Positions 30,555 through 40,601 of a DNA stretch of 56,859 nucleotides are shown here, piece by piece (the stretch's first letter is position 1; each line of letters begins with the position of its first letter). Under the pieces are notes generated by a model that saw only the letters and a program-made list of their open reading frames with translations, was not told the DNA's origin and searched no databases. Origin of the DNA: Propionicimonas sp. (GTDB lineage Bacteria; Actinomycetota; Actinomycetes; Propionibacteriales; Propionibacteriaceae); the NCBI GenBank assembly GCA_035349055.1, contig DAOPRQ010000002.1:1321-58179 (forward strand), written 5' to 3'. Made by a program: the position numbers and the translations under genes.

Positions 30555-31202
30555 TCAGTGGCCCAGATAGCGACCCGGACGGTGATTCAGGGCCAGCACC
30601 AGGTTCAGCACCACTGCGCCGGCGGCCGAGAGCAGTACATTGCCCACCGGCACCACGGTGAGCGCGGACGCGATGATCAGTGCATCGAACGCCAACTGCA
30701 CGTAGCCCGCGCGCCAGCCGAATTGCTCCTGCAGAATCAGGGCGAGCGTGTTCAACCCGCCAAGGCTGGAGTGGTGGCGGAACAACATCAGCATCCCAAC
30801 GCCGGCGAGCAGGTTGCCCACCAGCGTCGCGTAAACCGGATCGATCCGCAGCGTTGGCAGGGCAAGCGGATGCAGCGAGGCGAATGCCGATACCAGCGCC
30901 ACCGAGACCAGTGTGCGCAGCGCGAAGTTCCAGCCCTTGCGGTGTACCGCCAACGCCAGGAACGGCAGATTGGTCAACAGGTACAGCACCCCGAACGGCC
31001 AACCCGTGGCGTAGCTCAGCAGCAGGCTCAGGCCAGCGGTACCACCGGTCACCGCCTGCACGCTGTGCAACAGGAACAACCCGAGCGATGCCACGAAAGT
31101 TCCGCTGAGCAGCCCGAACAAATCCTCAATCGCCGTGTGCGGCGGCGCGCCCGCCGCCGATTCGGCTTCCGGCTCGCCTGAGTCGCTGGCGGGATCGGTC
31201 AC
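30555..31202 (-). CDS. YitT family membrane protein
   Basis: HTAIED, TGGTAGLSLL, LFRHHSSLGG and NHRPGRY. Confidence 0.88.
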   Translation of the reverse strand: MTDPASDSGEPEAESAAGAPPHTAIEDLFGLLSGTFVASLGLFLLHSVQAVTGGTAGLSLLLSYATGWPFGVLYLLTNLPFLALAVHRKGWNFALRTLVSVALVSAFASLHPLALPTLRIDPVYATLVGNLLAGVGMLMLFRHHSSLGGLNTLALILQEQFGWRAGYVQLAFDALIIASALTVVPVGNVLLSAAGAVVLNLVLALNHRPGRYLGH

Positions 31203-32266
31203 CGGGGGAAACCCGCCAGAACCGCGAGCACTCGATCGTTGCTAACCGCGTCCGCAATCGTGACGCGGACGCCGTCGCCCGGATAACCGCGCACCAGGAT
31301 GCCGGCGGCATCGAACGCCGCGACCAGCCGTTCCCGCTCGGCTTCGTCGCAGCGCAGCCAGACGAAGTTCGCGGCACTATCGGGGGTAACCCAGCCGAGC
31401 TCCCGAATGCTTCTCAGGAGGCGTTCCCGCTCGGCGATGACCGTGGTCACACGCTCGCCCACCTCGTCCGCTGAATCGAGTGCGGCGACAGCGGCAGCTT
31501 CGGCCACGTTGCTAACCGAGAACGGGAGCTGCGTCTTGCGCAGGCCGGTCGCGATCTCTACGCTCGCGATCGCGTAGCCGACGCGCAGTCCGGCCAGGCC
31601 GTAGGCCTTCGAGAAGGTCCGCAGCAGGCACAGGTTCTGGTACTGCGAGCCGATCAGCTGGACGACGTCCGGGGCGCTTTCGCCGACGAACTCGCGATAC
31701 GCCTCGTCGAGCACCACCAGGACGTGGCTGGGCACGCGCTCCAGGAAGTCGACCAGTTCGCCTTCGCTGATCGCAGTGCCGGTCGGGTTGTTCGGCGAGC
31801 AGAGCAGCACCAGCTTGGTGCGGTCGGTGATCGCCGCAGCCATGGCCGGCAGATCGTGGCTCTCATCCGTCGTCAGCGGCACCTTGATCGGCACGGCACC
31901 GGCGATCTGACAGAGAATCGGATACGCCTCGAACGAGCGCCAGGCGAAGACCACCTCGTCGCCCGGATCGCAGACCGCAGCGACCAGCTGCGCGAGCACC
32001 CCGACACTGCCAGGGCCGAGAGCGACCGCATCGGCGGTGATGCCGGCGTCGACGGCGATCCGATCGCGCAGGGAGGTGCTCGCCATGTCGGGGTAGCGGT
32101 TCACTCTGTCGGCGGCGGTGGCGATCGCGTCCAGCACCTTCGGCAGCGGGTGGAAGTGGCTCTCGTTGGACGCGAGCGCGGCAACGTCGGGGCCGGAGGC
32201 CTTCCGGCCGGCGATGTAGGCGGGCAGCGCGGCGACCGCCGGACGGCTCTTCGGGAACTCGGACAC
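31199..32266 (-). CDS. Class I/II aminotransferase (HisC/Pat-like aromatic aminotransferase)
   Basis: LASNE, NRYPD, WRSFEAYP, CSPNNPTG, LDEAYREF and RTFSKAYGLAGLRVGY. Confidence 0.9.
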   Translation of the reverse strand: MSEFPKSRPAVAALPAYIAGRKASGPDVAALASNESHFHPLPKVLDAIATAADRVNRYPDMASTSLRDRIAVDAGITADAVALGPGSVGVLAQLVAAVCDPGDEVVFAWRSFEAYPILCQIAGAVPIKVPLTTDESHDLPAMAAAITDRTKLVLLCSPNNPTGTAISEGELVDFLERVPSHVLVVLDEAYREFVGESAPDVVQLIGSQYQNLCLLRTFSKAYGLAGLRVGYAIASVEIATGLRKTQLPFSVSNVAEAAAVAALDSADEVGERVTTVIAERERLLRSIRELGWVTPDSAANFVWLRCDEAERERLVAAFDAAGILVRGYPGDGVRVTIADAVSNDRVLAVLAGFPR

Positions 32267-32386
32267 GCAGGCCCCTTTCGTACTCAGGTGAATCCTGAGC
32301 GCTCCGGCCCGGGCATGCAACCGGACGGGTCCAGCGTCCGATCCTTGGGCTGGCGGGGCGCTGGCCGCAGGGGCAGGATGCTCGGC

Positions 32387-33433
32387 ATGCTGGCGGACCT
32401 CATGCGGGACGGAATTCGCGTCTTCGGACGGCGTGCGCCGCTGTACGCGAGACTGGCCGCCGGTTTCGCCGGCCAGCCGGACGTGCTCGCGATCCTCGCC
32501 GAAGCACCGGCCCCGCAGCGGATCCCGGTCACGTTGTTCGCCGCCATCCACGATCTGCTGTTGGCCGATCCGGAGCAGGAACTGGCGCAGTGGTACCCGA
32601 ACCTGACCGCGACGCCGCGCACGGACGACCCGCTGCCGGCGGCGCTCGCCTTCTGTGCCGAGCATCGCGGCGACCTGGTCGAGCTGGTGCGTACCCGCAC
32701 CCCGCAGACCAATGAGATCGGACGCTGTGCGTTGCTGCTGGTCGGACTGGATCGTGTCGCCACCGAGGTGGGTGCGCTGGCCCAGCTGGACGTCGGGGCA
32801 AGCGCCGGGCTGAATCTGCTGGCCGATCACTACGCCTACGACTACTCAGGGACTCGAGTGGGCTCTGGGCGGCCCCTGCTCAGCTGCGAAGTCCGTGCAG
32901 CGGCATCAGACCCCTTGACAGGGAGCGCTCCGGCTCGACTCCCGCAGATCACCTCGCGGCTGGGGCTGGACCGGAACCCCATTGATCTCGACGACCCTGA
33001 ACAGGTGCGCTGGTTGGAGGCTTGCGTCTGGCCCGACCAGACTGAGCGCTTCGAGCGCCTGCGTGCGGCCGTCGAGGTGGCCGAGCGGTTGCGTCCGCTG
33101 GTGGTCAGGGGCGATGCGGTCGCAGGTCTCGCCGGCACTCTCGAGAAGCTGGGCGAGGGTCATCCGGTGATCACGTCGTCCTGGGTGCTGAGCTACCTCG
33201 AACCGGAACGCCAGCAGGACTTCGTGGCTGAACTCAACCTTCTGGGCAGCCAGCAGGACCTGTCCTGGGTCAGCCTGGAGGAGCCGAGCGCGGCCACTGA
33301 CCTCGGGTGGCCGGACGCGCTGGCTGGCAGCTCACTGTCGGTCTTGCGGCTGGTGCGCTGGCGGGATGGCGCTCGTGTCGAGGAGTTCCTGGCCGAGTGC
33401 CATCCGCACGGTTGGTGGCTGCGCTGGCTGTAG
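32387..33433 (+). CDS. DUF2332 family protein
   Basis: PQTNEIGR, LDVGASAGLNL, WLEACVWPDQ and HPHGWWLRW. Start at 32378 or 32387. Confidence 0.85.
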   Translation: MLADLMRDGIRVFGRRAPLYARLAAGFAGQPDVLAILAEAPAPQRIPVTLFAAIHDLLLADPEQELAQWYPNLTATPRTDDPLPAALAFCAEHRGDLVELVRTRTPQTNEIGRCALLLVGLDRVATEVGALAQLDVGASAGLNLLADHYAYDYSGTRVGSGRPLLSCEVRAAASDPLTGSAPARLPQITSRLGLDRNPIDLDDPEQVRWLEACVWPDQTERFERLRAAVEVAERLRPLVVRGDAVAGLAGTLEKLGEGHPVITSSWVLSYLEPERQQDFVAELNLLGSQQDLSWVSLEEPSAATDLGWPDALAGSSLSVLRLVRWRDGARVEEFLAECHPHGWWLRWL

Positions 33434-33460
33434 GGAGCAACTGATCAGCGACGGACAATG

Positions 33461-33540
33461 CTGGCTGAGACTGTCGAAGCCCCTGGTCACAGATCGTGCG
33501 GACGACCCTTCGTCAAGCTCAGGAATCGTCAAGCTCAGGG
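33461..33540. repeat. REP-like cluster between convergent genes
   Basis: CTGAGACTGTCGAAGCCC followed by inverted copies CCCTTCGTCAAGCTCAGG and a tandem TCGTCAAGCTCAGG (33510-33523 and 33526-33539). Confidence 0.7.
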
Positions 33541-33544
33541 ATCG

Positions 33545-34270
33545 TTAGCCTTCGCCGCCGTTGCGGCGCAACACCTCGGACAGCCGCTCGGCGGCCGCGA
33601 TCACGGCCGGGGCGTGCAGGCGTCCGGGCTGGCGGGAGAGCCGCTCGATCGGGCCGGAGACACTCACCGCGGCGATCACCTTGCCACTGGGGGAGCGGAC
33701 CGGTGCCGACACCGACGCCACGCCGGCCTCGCGCTCGGCCACCGACTGGGCCCAGCCGCGCCGCCGGACGGTGGCCAGCGCGACCGCGGAGAACGACGAG
33801 TTCAGCAGTCCACGCTGGATGCGCTCCGGATCCTCCCAGGCGAGCAGCACCTGAGCAGCGGAACCGGCGGCCATCGTCAGCTGGGTGCCCACCGGAATGG
33901 TGTCCCGCAACCCGGACGGACGCTCGGCCGCGGCCGAGCAGACTCGGAAATCACCCTGCCGCCGGAACAGCTGTGCCGATTCGCCGGTGATGTCGCGCAG
34001 CCTGGTGAGCACCGGGCCGGCAGTGGCGAGCAGCCGGTCCTCACCGGCAGCGGACGCGAGTTCGGTGAGCCGCGGGCCGAGCACAAAGCGTCCCTGCAGA
34101 TCACGGCTGACCAGGCGGTGGTGTTCGAGCGCGACCGCGAGACGGTGCGCGGTGGGCCGGGCCAAGCCGGTGGCGGTGACCAGTCCGGCTAGGGTGGTCG
34201 GGCCCTGCTCCAGTGCGGTGAGCACCATCGCGGCCTTGTCCAGAACGCCGACGCCACTTGAGTTGTCCAT
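33545..34270 (-). CDS. IclR family regulator divergent from leuCD (NdgR/LtbR-like)
   Basis: MDNSSGVGVLDKA, GLARPTAHRLA and EREAGVASVSAPV. Conserved position next to leuC. Confidence 0.92.
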   Translation of the reverse strand: MDNSSGVGVLDKAAMVLTALEQGPTTLAGLVTATGLARPTAHRLAVALEHHRLVSRDLQGRFVLGPRLTELASAAGEDRLLATAGPVLTRLRDITGESAQLFRRQGDFRVCSAAAERPSGLRDTIPVGTQLTMAAGSAAQVLLAWEDPERIQRGLLNSSFSAVALATVRRRGWAQSVAEREAGVASVSAPVRSPSGKVIAAVSVSGPIERLSRQPGRLHAPAVIAAAERLSEVLRRNGGEG

Positions 34271-34346
34271 AGGATAAGATTGCCGTCTCGCATCATGATA
34301 TGCAAGCACTACGCTGGAAATGAGCGAACAGAGCAATGGAGGTCCG

Positions 34347-35744
34347 ATGGGTAAGACCCTTAGTGACAAGGTATGGGACAACCATGTCGTGCGCACGGCA
34401 GCCGGTGAGCCGGACCTGCTGTACATCGACCTGCACCTGGTGCATGAGGTGACCAGTCCGCAGGCCTTCGACGGCCTTCGGCTTGCCGGCCGCTTGGTGC
34501 GGCGCACCGAGCTGACGATGGCCACGGAGGACCACAACACTCCGACGCTCAACATCCTCGCGCCGATCGCGGACCCGGTCTCCAAGCTCCAGGTCGACAC
34601 GCTGCGCCAGAACACCGACGAGTTCGGCGTCCGCCGGCATTCGCTGGGCGACAAAGACCAGGGTGTAGTGCACATCATCGGGCCGCAGCTCGGTCTGACC
34701 CAGCCCGGCCTGACCGTGGTCTGCGGCGACTCGCATACCTCCACCCACGGCGCGTTCGGCGCCCTGGCGTTCGGCATCGGCACGTCCGAGGTTGAGCACG
34801 TGCTGGCCACCCAGACCCTGATGCAGGCCCGGCCCAAGACCATGGCGGTTAACATTAACGGCGAACTGCCCGACGGCGTCACCGCCAAGGACGTGGTGCT
34901 CGCGCTGATCGCCAAGGTGGGCACCGGCGGCGGCCAGGGCTACGTGGTCGAGTACCGCGGCACGACCATCGAAAACCTGTCGATGGAAGGTCGCATGACC
35001 ATCTGCAACATGAGCATCGAGTGGGGTGCGAAGGCGGGCATGATGGCCCCCGACGAGACCACCTTCACCTACCTGAAGGGCCGTCCGCACGCTCCCGACG
35101 GCGCCGAATGGGACGCTGCCGTTGAGTACTGGCGGACGTTGTTCACCGACGCGGACGCGGTGTTCGACCGCGAGGTGGACATCGACGCCACCCAGCTCAC
35201 TCCGTTCGTCACCTGGGGCACCAACCCGGGCCAGGGCGTCCCGCTGGGCGCCGCGGTGCCGTCGCCGGAGGATTTCACCGATGCGGTGGACAAGTCGGCT
35301 GCTGAGCGGGCGCTGGCCTACATGGACCTGAAGGCCGGGACGCCGATGCGCGACATCCGCGTGGACACGGTCTTCCTCGGCTCCTGCACCAACGGCCGGA
35401 TTGAGGACCTGCGCCTGGCCGCGTCCGTGTTGAAGGGGCGCAAGATCGCCGACGGGCTGCGCATGCTGGTCGTTCCCGGGTCAGCCCGGGTGCGGCTGCA
35501 GGCCGAAGCGGAAGGTCTGGACAAGGTCTTCCTCGACTTCGGCGCCGAGTGGCGCGCGGCCGGTTGCTCGATGTGCCTTGGCATGAACCCCGACCAACTG
35601 GCCCCGGGTGAGCGCAGTGCGTCCACCTCGAACCGCAACTTCGAAGGCCGCCAGGGCAAGGGCGGACGCACCCACCTGGTCTCGCCGCCAGTGGCTGCGG
35701 CCACCGCTATCCGCGGCACCCTGAGCTCACCGGCCGACCTGTAA
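34347..35744 (+). CDS. leuC: 3-isopropylmalate dehydratase large subunit
   Basis: [35 protein letters not shown] and [12 protein letters not shown]. Confidence 0.98.
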   Translation: MGKTLSDKVWDNHVVRTAAGEPDLLYIDLHLVHEVTSPQAFDGLRLAGRLVRRTELTMATEDHNTPTLNILAPIADPVSKLQVDTLRQNTDEFGVRRHSLGDKDQGVVHIIGPQLGLTQPGLTVVCGDSHTSTHGAFGALAFGIGTSEVEHVLATQTLMQARPKTMAVNINGELPDGVTAKDVVLALIAKVGTGGGQGYVVEYRGTTIENLSMEGRMTICNMSIEWGAKAGMMAPDETTFTYLKGRPHAPDGAEWDAAVEYWRTLFTDADAVFDREVDIDATQLTPFVTWGTNPGQGVPLGAAVPSPEDFTDAVDKSAAERALAYMDLKAGTPMRDIRVDTVFLGSCTNGRIEDLRLAASVLKGRKIADGLRMLVVPGSARVRLQAEAEGLDKVFLDFGAEWRAAGCSMCLGMNPDQLAPGERSASTSNRNFEGRQGKGGRTHLVSPPVAAATAIRGTLSSPADL

Positions 35745-35755
35745 GGACATCTGAA

Positions 35756-36361
35756 ATGGACAAGTTCAGCTCACATACCGGTATTGCCGTACCGCTGCGG
35801 CGCAGCAACGTCGACACCGACCAGATCATCCCGGCCGTCTACCTCAAGCGGGTCACCCGCACCGGCTTCGAGGACGGGCTGTTCGCCGCTTGGCGCAACG
35901 ATCCCGAGTTCGTGCTCAACGACGCCGCCTACGCCAAGGGCTCGATCCTGGTGGCCGGTCCCGACTTCGGCACCGGCTCGTCTCGTGAACACGCGGTGTG
36001 GGCACTGCAGAACTACGGCTTCGCCGTCGTGGTCGGCTCCCGCTTCGGTGACATCTTCCGCAGCAACTCCGGCAAGGCCGGCCTGGTGATCGCGACCGTT
36101 GGCCAGGACGTGGTCGAAAAGCTCTGGGAGATTGCCGAGAGCGAGCCGGGCATCGAGTTCACCGTCGACCTGCGCCATCGCACCATCGAGGCCGCCGACA
36201 ATGTCTTCGAGTTCACCATCGACGACTACACCCGGCACCGCCTGCTCGAGGGCCTGGACGACATCGGCCTGACCCTCACCCACGAGGACGAGATCGCAGC
36301 CTACGAGGCCCGCCGTCCGTCCTGGCTCCCGAAGACCCTGCCGGTCAAGACCGCAGGCTGA
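35756..36361 (+). CDS. leuD: 3-isopropylmalate dehydratase small subunit
   Basis: [23 protein letters not shown] and GLDDIGLTL. Confidence 0.98.
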   Translation: MDKFSSHTGIAVPLRRSNVDTDQIIPAVYLKRVTRTGFEDGLFAAWRNDPEFVLNDAAYAKGSILVAGPDFGTGSSREHAVWALQNYGFAVVVGSRFGDIFRSNSGKAGLVIATVGQDVVEKLWEIAESEPGIEFTVDLRHRTIEAADNVFEFTIDDYTRHRLLEGLDDIGLTLTHEDEIAAYEARRPSWLPKTLPVKTAG

Positions 36362-36425
36362 GCCAGGCGCCGAGAGAATCGGGGACGGTTCCTTTTTCGT
36401 TGACTCGGGCGCTCCCGCGGTTCGA

Positions 36426-36483
36426 GCCAGCGAAACTGACTGACGCCAGGGAATGTTCTCCGGCTTGAGTCAGTTTCGCTGGC
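36426..36483. repeat. Perfect 16-bp inverted repeat (long hairpin) after leuD
   Basis: GCCAGCGAAACTGACT at 36426-36441 and AGTCAGTTTCGCTGGC at 36468-36483. Confidence 0.85.
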
Positions 36484-36557
36484 GTTTGAAGGGGGATCGG
36501 GGCGGTCATGCGCACCGATCGCGGCCGATAAGCTGACCCGCGGATATTGGAGGTGTC

Positions 36558-36872
36558 ATGGTCATCGAGCATGCCCAGATCAGCGTGATCCCGGGCCGCG
36601 AGGACGAGTTCGCGGCCAACTTCGACCAGGCGTTGGCGGTGATCCGCCAGGCCAAGGGATTCCGTTGGGCCGAGCTGCATCGCTTCATCGAGCGCGAATC
36701 GGTCTTCCTGCTGCTGGTGGGCTGGGAATCCTTCGAGGACCACATGACCGGCTTCCGCGAGAGTGAACTGTTCGCGCAGTGGCGCGCGGTGATCGGCCCA
36801 TTCTTCGCTGAGCCGCCGGTCGTGGAGCACTTCGCTGCGGTGACCGCAGGTGTCGGCCCGGTGGCCGGCTGA
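36558..36872 (+). CDS. Antibiotic biosynthesis monooxygenase (ABM) family protein
   Basis: IEHAQISVIPGREDEF, WESFEDHMTGFRES and PPVVEHF. Strong RBS GGAGG. Confidence 0.88.
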   Translation: MVIEHAQISVIPGREDEFAANFDQALAVIRQAKGFRWAELHRFIERESVFLLLVGWESFEDHMTGFRESELFAQWRAVIGPFFAEPPVVEHFAAVTAGVGPVAG

Positions 36873-36873
36873 C

Positions 36874-37977
36874 GTGGCTGCGGCACGCACCCAGGTTGCA
36901 CTGGTCTTCGGCGGAGTCAGCGCCGAGCATTCCATCAGTTGCCTGACGGCAGGCAGCGTCGCGCGAGCCATCGACACCGAGCGCTTCGAGGTTATCGGCG
37001 TGGGCATCACCCGCGCTGGTGACTGGGTACGCATCGCCCACGCCGAGCTGGTGGGCTACGAGGTGGTGGACGGACAACTGCCAGAGGTCGCGTCCGACCG
37101 TCCGGCTGCGGTCTTGCTGGCCGGGGGAGAGGTGGCTACCCGCGACGGCGACCGCCTGCTCGACCGCCGGGGCGTGGACGTGGCCTTCGCGCTGCTGCAC
37201 GGGCCCTACGGCGAGGACGGCACCATCCAGGGCATGTTCGAAATGCTGGGGATGCGCTACGTCGGCGCGGGGGTGGCCGCCAGCGCGATCGGTATGGACA
37301 AGGACCTGATGAAGCGGGCCATGGCAGCAGCTGGGCTGCCCGTGGGGCCGTGGGTTGCGATCACGCCGTCGCAGTGGCGCGACCAGCGCGAAGCCAGCCT
37401 GGCGCGGATCAACGATTTGACCTATCCGCTCTACGTGAAGCCTGCCCGTGGCGGGTCGAGCCTGGGGATCGTCCGGGTCGAATCGGCGGACGAGTTGGTG
37501 GCTGCGATCGAAGTGGCGCAGGGTTTCGACCCGAAAGTCGTAGTCGAACAGGGTTTCGTGGGCGTCCGCGAGATCGAGGTGAGCGTGCTGCAGGACCTGG
37601 ACGGTCCGCCGCGGGTCTCGCTGCCCGGCGAGATCCTGATGCACACGCCAGACGCGTTCTACGACTTCGAGGCCAAGTACCTGCCCGAGGAGCAGGTCAC
37701 CCTGCAGGTGCCGGCCGATCTGCCCGATGACCTGCGGACGGCCGTGCAGGAACTTGCGGCACGCACCTTCTCCGCGATGGACTCCGAAGGGCTCGCCCGG
37801 GTCGACCTGTTCGTGGACGGGTCCGGCAAGCCGTTCGTGAACGAGCTGAACACCATGCCCGGGTTCACCAGGCACTCGATGTTCCCCATGATGTGGGCTG
37901 CGACCGGCGTGGAGTACCCGGAACTGATCGCCACCTTGGTGGAGTTGGCGCTGAGGCGTCCGCTGGGCCTGCGATGA
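36874..37977 (+). CDS. ddl: D-alanine--D-alanine ligase
   Basis: FGGVSAEHSIS, LHGPYGEDGTIQG, VKPARGGSSLG, FYDFEAKY and NELNTMPGFT. Confidence 0.97.
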   Translation: MAAARTQVALVFGGVSAEHSISCLTAGSVARAIDTERFEVIGVGITRAGDWVRIAHAELVGYEVVDGQLPEVASDRPAAVLLAGGEVATRDGDRLLDRRGVDVAFALLHGPYGEDGTIQGMFEMLGMRYVGAGVAASAIGMDKDLMKRAMAAAGLPVGPWVAITPSQWRDQREASLARINDLTYPLYVKPARGGSSLGIVRVESADELVAAIEVAQGFDPKVVVEQGFVGVREIEVSVLQDLDGPPRVSLPGEILMHTPDAFYDFEAKYLPEEQVTLQVPADLPDDLRTAVQELAARTFSAMDSEGLARVDLFVDGSGKPFVNELNTMPGFTRHSMFPMMWAATGVEYPELIATLVELALRRPLGLR

Positions 37978-38924
37978 CCATCGGCGGGCTCGGCGAGTTC
38001 GCTCTGATCGAGCAACTCACGTCCGGGCTGACCGCGTCCGGCGCGGTGCGGCTGGGCGTCGGAGATGACTGCGCGGTGCTGCGCCTGGCCGGTGACCTGG
38101 CCGTTTCGACCGACACCATGGTCGAGCACGTGCATTTCCGGCGTGACTGGTCCAGCGCCCACGACGTCGGCCGGAAGGCGGTCGCGGCGTGTGTTGCGGA
38201 CGCGGAGGCGATGGGCGCGGTTCCGTTGGGTGTCGTGATCAGCCTCGCGGCGCCGGCCGAACTGCCGGTGGAGTGGGCCGCCGAGTTCAGCGCCGGAGTA
38301 CAGGCGGAATGTGCCAACGCAGGTGCCCAGCTGGTCGGCGGCGACACCACTTCGGCCCCACTGATCGTGATCACCGCAACCGTGCTGGCCGACCTTGGCG
38401 GACTGCCGCCGGTGACCCGGGCTGGCGCACGGCCCGGTCAGGTGGTGGCGGTGGCTGGGCGGATGGGCTGGGCCGCGGCTGGCCTCGCCGTGCTGGCCCG
38501 GGGCTTCCGCTCGCCACGGGCGGTCGTGGTGGCCCATCGGGTGCCCGAGCCCCCGTACGGGCAGGGGCGGGTCGCCGCCGAGGCGGGTGCGTCCGCGATG
38601 ATCGACGTCTCGGACGGGCTGCTGGCCGACCTCGGTCACGTCGCCCGCGCGTCGGGGGTCACGATCGAGCTGGACACCTCGACCCTGGAGATCAGCGAAC
38701 CCCAACAGGCCGTGGCCGCCGCGATCGGCGGTGGCGACCCGCTGGTCTTCCAGCTCACCGGCGGCGACGACCACGCCCTGGCTGCAATCTTCGAAGCCGG
38801 TTCGGTGCCCACGGACTGGCGCGTGATCGGACGCGTCCGCGAAGGCGACCCGCAGGTGCTCGTTGATGGCAGGACCTGGGCAGGGCCGACCAGGGGCTGG
38901 CAGCATTTCGCGCCGCTCCCTTAG
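37974..38924 (+). CDS. thiL: Thiamine-phosphate kinase
   Basis: GEFALI, GDDCAV, GGDT, IDVSDGL and GGDDHAL. Confidence 0.95.
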   Translation: MTIGGLGEFALIEQLTSGLTASGAVRLGVGDDCAVLRLAGDLAVSTDTMVEHVHFRRDWSSAHDVGRKAVAACVADAEAMGAVPLGVVISLAAPAELPVEWAAEFSAGVQAECANAGAQLVGGDTTSAPLIVITATVLADLGGLPPVTRAGARPGQVVAVAGRMGWAAAGLAVLARGFRSPRAVVVAHRVPEPPYGQGRVAAEAGASAMIDVSDGLLADLGHVARASGVTIELDTSTLEISEPQQAVAAAIGGGDPLVFQLTGGDDHALAAIFEAGSVPTDWRVIGRVREGDPQVLVDGRTWAGPTRGWQHFAPLP

Positions 38925-39000
38925 CCCAGGACGCAGCTGCGTCAGCCAACCATTTCGGGGGCTACCGCCCGGACATTGTCCGAGCGCCCAACAATCATGC

Positions 39001-39012
39001 GGTAACGTTTCA
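39001..39012. promoter_or_regulatory. Possible LacI-family operator upstream of the MATE gene
   Basis: GGTAACGTTTCA, an AACGTT-centred near-palindrome in an AT-richer intergenic stretch. Confidence 0.35.
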
Positions 39013-39115
39013 ATCGGTTCCGTCGAACGCCGTCCGCATCTGCCCGCGGCGCCGGACCAAGCCAATGGACCACCGTCCAGACCTCCCTTCGGCAATACCC
39101 GCGAAAGCCCGCTGC

Positions 39116-40537
39116 ATGACCAAAGACCTGACCGTCGGACCACCCACCCGGATGATCCTTTGGTTCACCCTGCCCCTGCTCGTCGGCAACCTCTTCCAGC
39201 AGCTCTATGCCGTCGTCGATGCGATCGTCGTCGGCCGCCTGCTCGGGGTCGAAGCGCTGGCGTCGGCCGGCGCGTCCGGAAGCCTGCACTTCCTGCTCTT
39301 CGGCTTCGCCATCGGCACCGCCTCCGGCCTGGCGATCCCGATCGCCCGCGCGTTCGGCGCTGGTGACCTCGCCGGGATGCGCCGGGCCGTGACCACCGGC
39401 GTGGTGATCAGCGGGCTGGTCACCGTGGTCATCTCGCTGGTCGGAGTGTTCGCGTCCAGGACGCTGCTCACCTTGATGGGCACACCGCCTGAACTGCTCG
39501 ACGATGCGGTCAGCTTCCTCACCGTGTTCTTCAGCGGCACCGTGGCGACGGTCGCCTTCAACTATCTCGCCGCGGTCGTCCGCGCGCTGGGGGACAGCCG
39601 CACCCCGCTCTATTTCCTGATCCTGGCCTGCCTGCTCAACGTGGGCCTGGTGGTGCTCTTCATCGGTGGACTCCACTTCGGGGTGGGTGGCGCGGCCGCC
39701 GCGACCGTGCTCGCCCAGTTCGTCTCGGTAGTGCTCTGCCTGGTGTTGATCGTCCGCAGGATGCCGGTCCTGCGGCTGCACGCGGACGACTGGCGGCTCT
39801 CGCGCAGCCAACTGGCCGAGTCGTCGCGGCTCGGCTTGACCATGGGCTTCCAGATGTCGGTGATCGCGGTCGGCGCGGTGATCCTCCAATCCGGCATCAA
39901 CGGCCTCGGCGCAACGGCGGTGGCCGCCTTCACCGCAGCCATGCGGGTGGACCAGGTCGCAGTCGCCCCGCTGGCTTCGTTCGGGGTTGCCATCGCTACC
40001 TACGTCGCCCAGAACCGGGGTGGACGCGAGTGGCACCGAATCCGGGTGGGCGTGTTCCGCACAGGTCTGGTCGCCGTGGGCGTGTCGTTGCTGCTCGGCG
40101 TCGTGATCATCAGCTTCGGTACCGCGATCGTCGGGCTCTTCGTCGGTGACAGCGCCCCCGAGGTGGTAGCGATGGCGCACCGTTACCTGGTCATCAACGC
40201 CGGGCTGTACGCGATCCTCGCAGTGCTGTTCGTGCTGCGGAATGCGCTGCAGGGCATGGGTTCGGCCACCGTGCCGACCGTGGCCGGCTTCATGGAACTC
40301 CTCCTGCGCAGCCTCGCTGGTCTGGTGCTGGTCGCCGAGTTCGGCTTCCTCGGCGCCTGCCTCGCCGCTCCGCTGGCATGGATCGGTGCGCTGGTGCCGC
40401 TGGCGGTGGCATGGCTGATCGAGCGGCGCAGGCTGATCGACCGTGAGGCCGGAATCGCTCCGGCGCGCGAACCGATCCCGGATTGGCCGGAACTGGACGA
40501 CGTGCTCACGCCCGCCGGTGCACTTGCCGCTGACTGA
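39116..40537 (+). CDS. MATE family efflux transporter
   Basis: GNLFQQLYAVVDAIVVGR, ALGDSRTPLYFL and GAAAATV; about 12 TM segments. Confidence 0.93.
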   Translation: MTKDLTVGPPTRMILWFTLPLLVGNLFQQLYAVVDAIVVGRLLGVEALASAGASGSLHFLLFGFAIGTASGLAIPIARAFGAGDLAGMRRAVTTGVVISGLVTVVISLVGVFASRTLLTLMGTPPELLDDAVSFLTVFFSGTVATVAFNYLAAVVRALGDSRTPLYFLILACLLNVGLVVLFIGGLHFGVGGAAAATVLAQFVSVVLCLVLIVRRMPVLRLHADDWRLSRSQLAESSRLGLTMGFQMSVIAVGAVILQSGINGLGATAVAAFTAAMRVDQVAVAPLASFGVAIATYVAQNRGGREWHRIRVGVFRTGLVAVGVSLLLGVVIISFGTAIVGLFVGDSAPEVVAMAHRYLVINAGLYAILAVLFVLRNALQGMGSATVPTVAGFMELLLRSLAGLVLVAEFGFLGACLAAPLAWIGALVPLAVAWLIERRRLIDREAGIAPAREPIPDWPELDDVLTPAGALAAD

Positions 40538-40601
40538 GGGCGCCGTGGTTCCGACGGCGTGGGAACTCGTCGTCCGGGCATCGATGACCTAGCCTTCGAC
40601 C

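Noticed and set aside
31199-33433. Apparent large overlap between the 543-aa and 569-aa ORFs
   Set aside because: Both are over-extended. With starts at 32266 (-) and about 32387 (+) they are ordinary divergent genes.
36874-37977. Possible Van-type D-Ala-D-Lac ligase
   Set aside because: The omega loop FYDFEAKY retains Tyr, the context is housekeeping (thiL), and there is no vanH or vanX.
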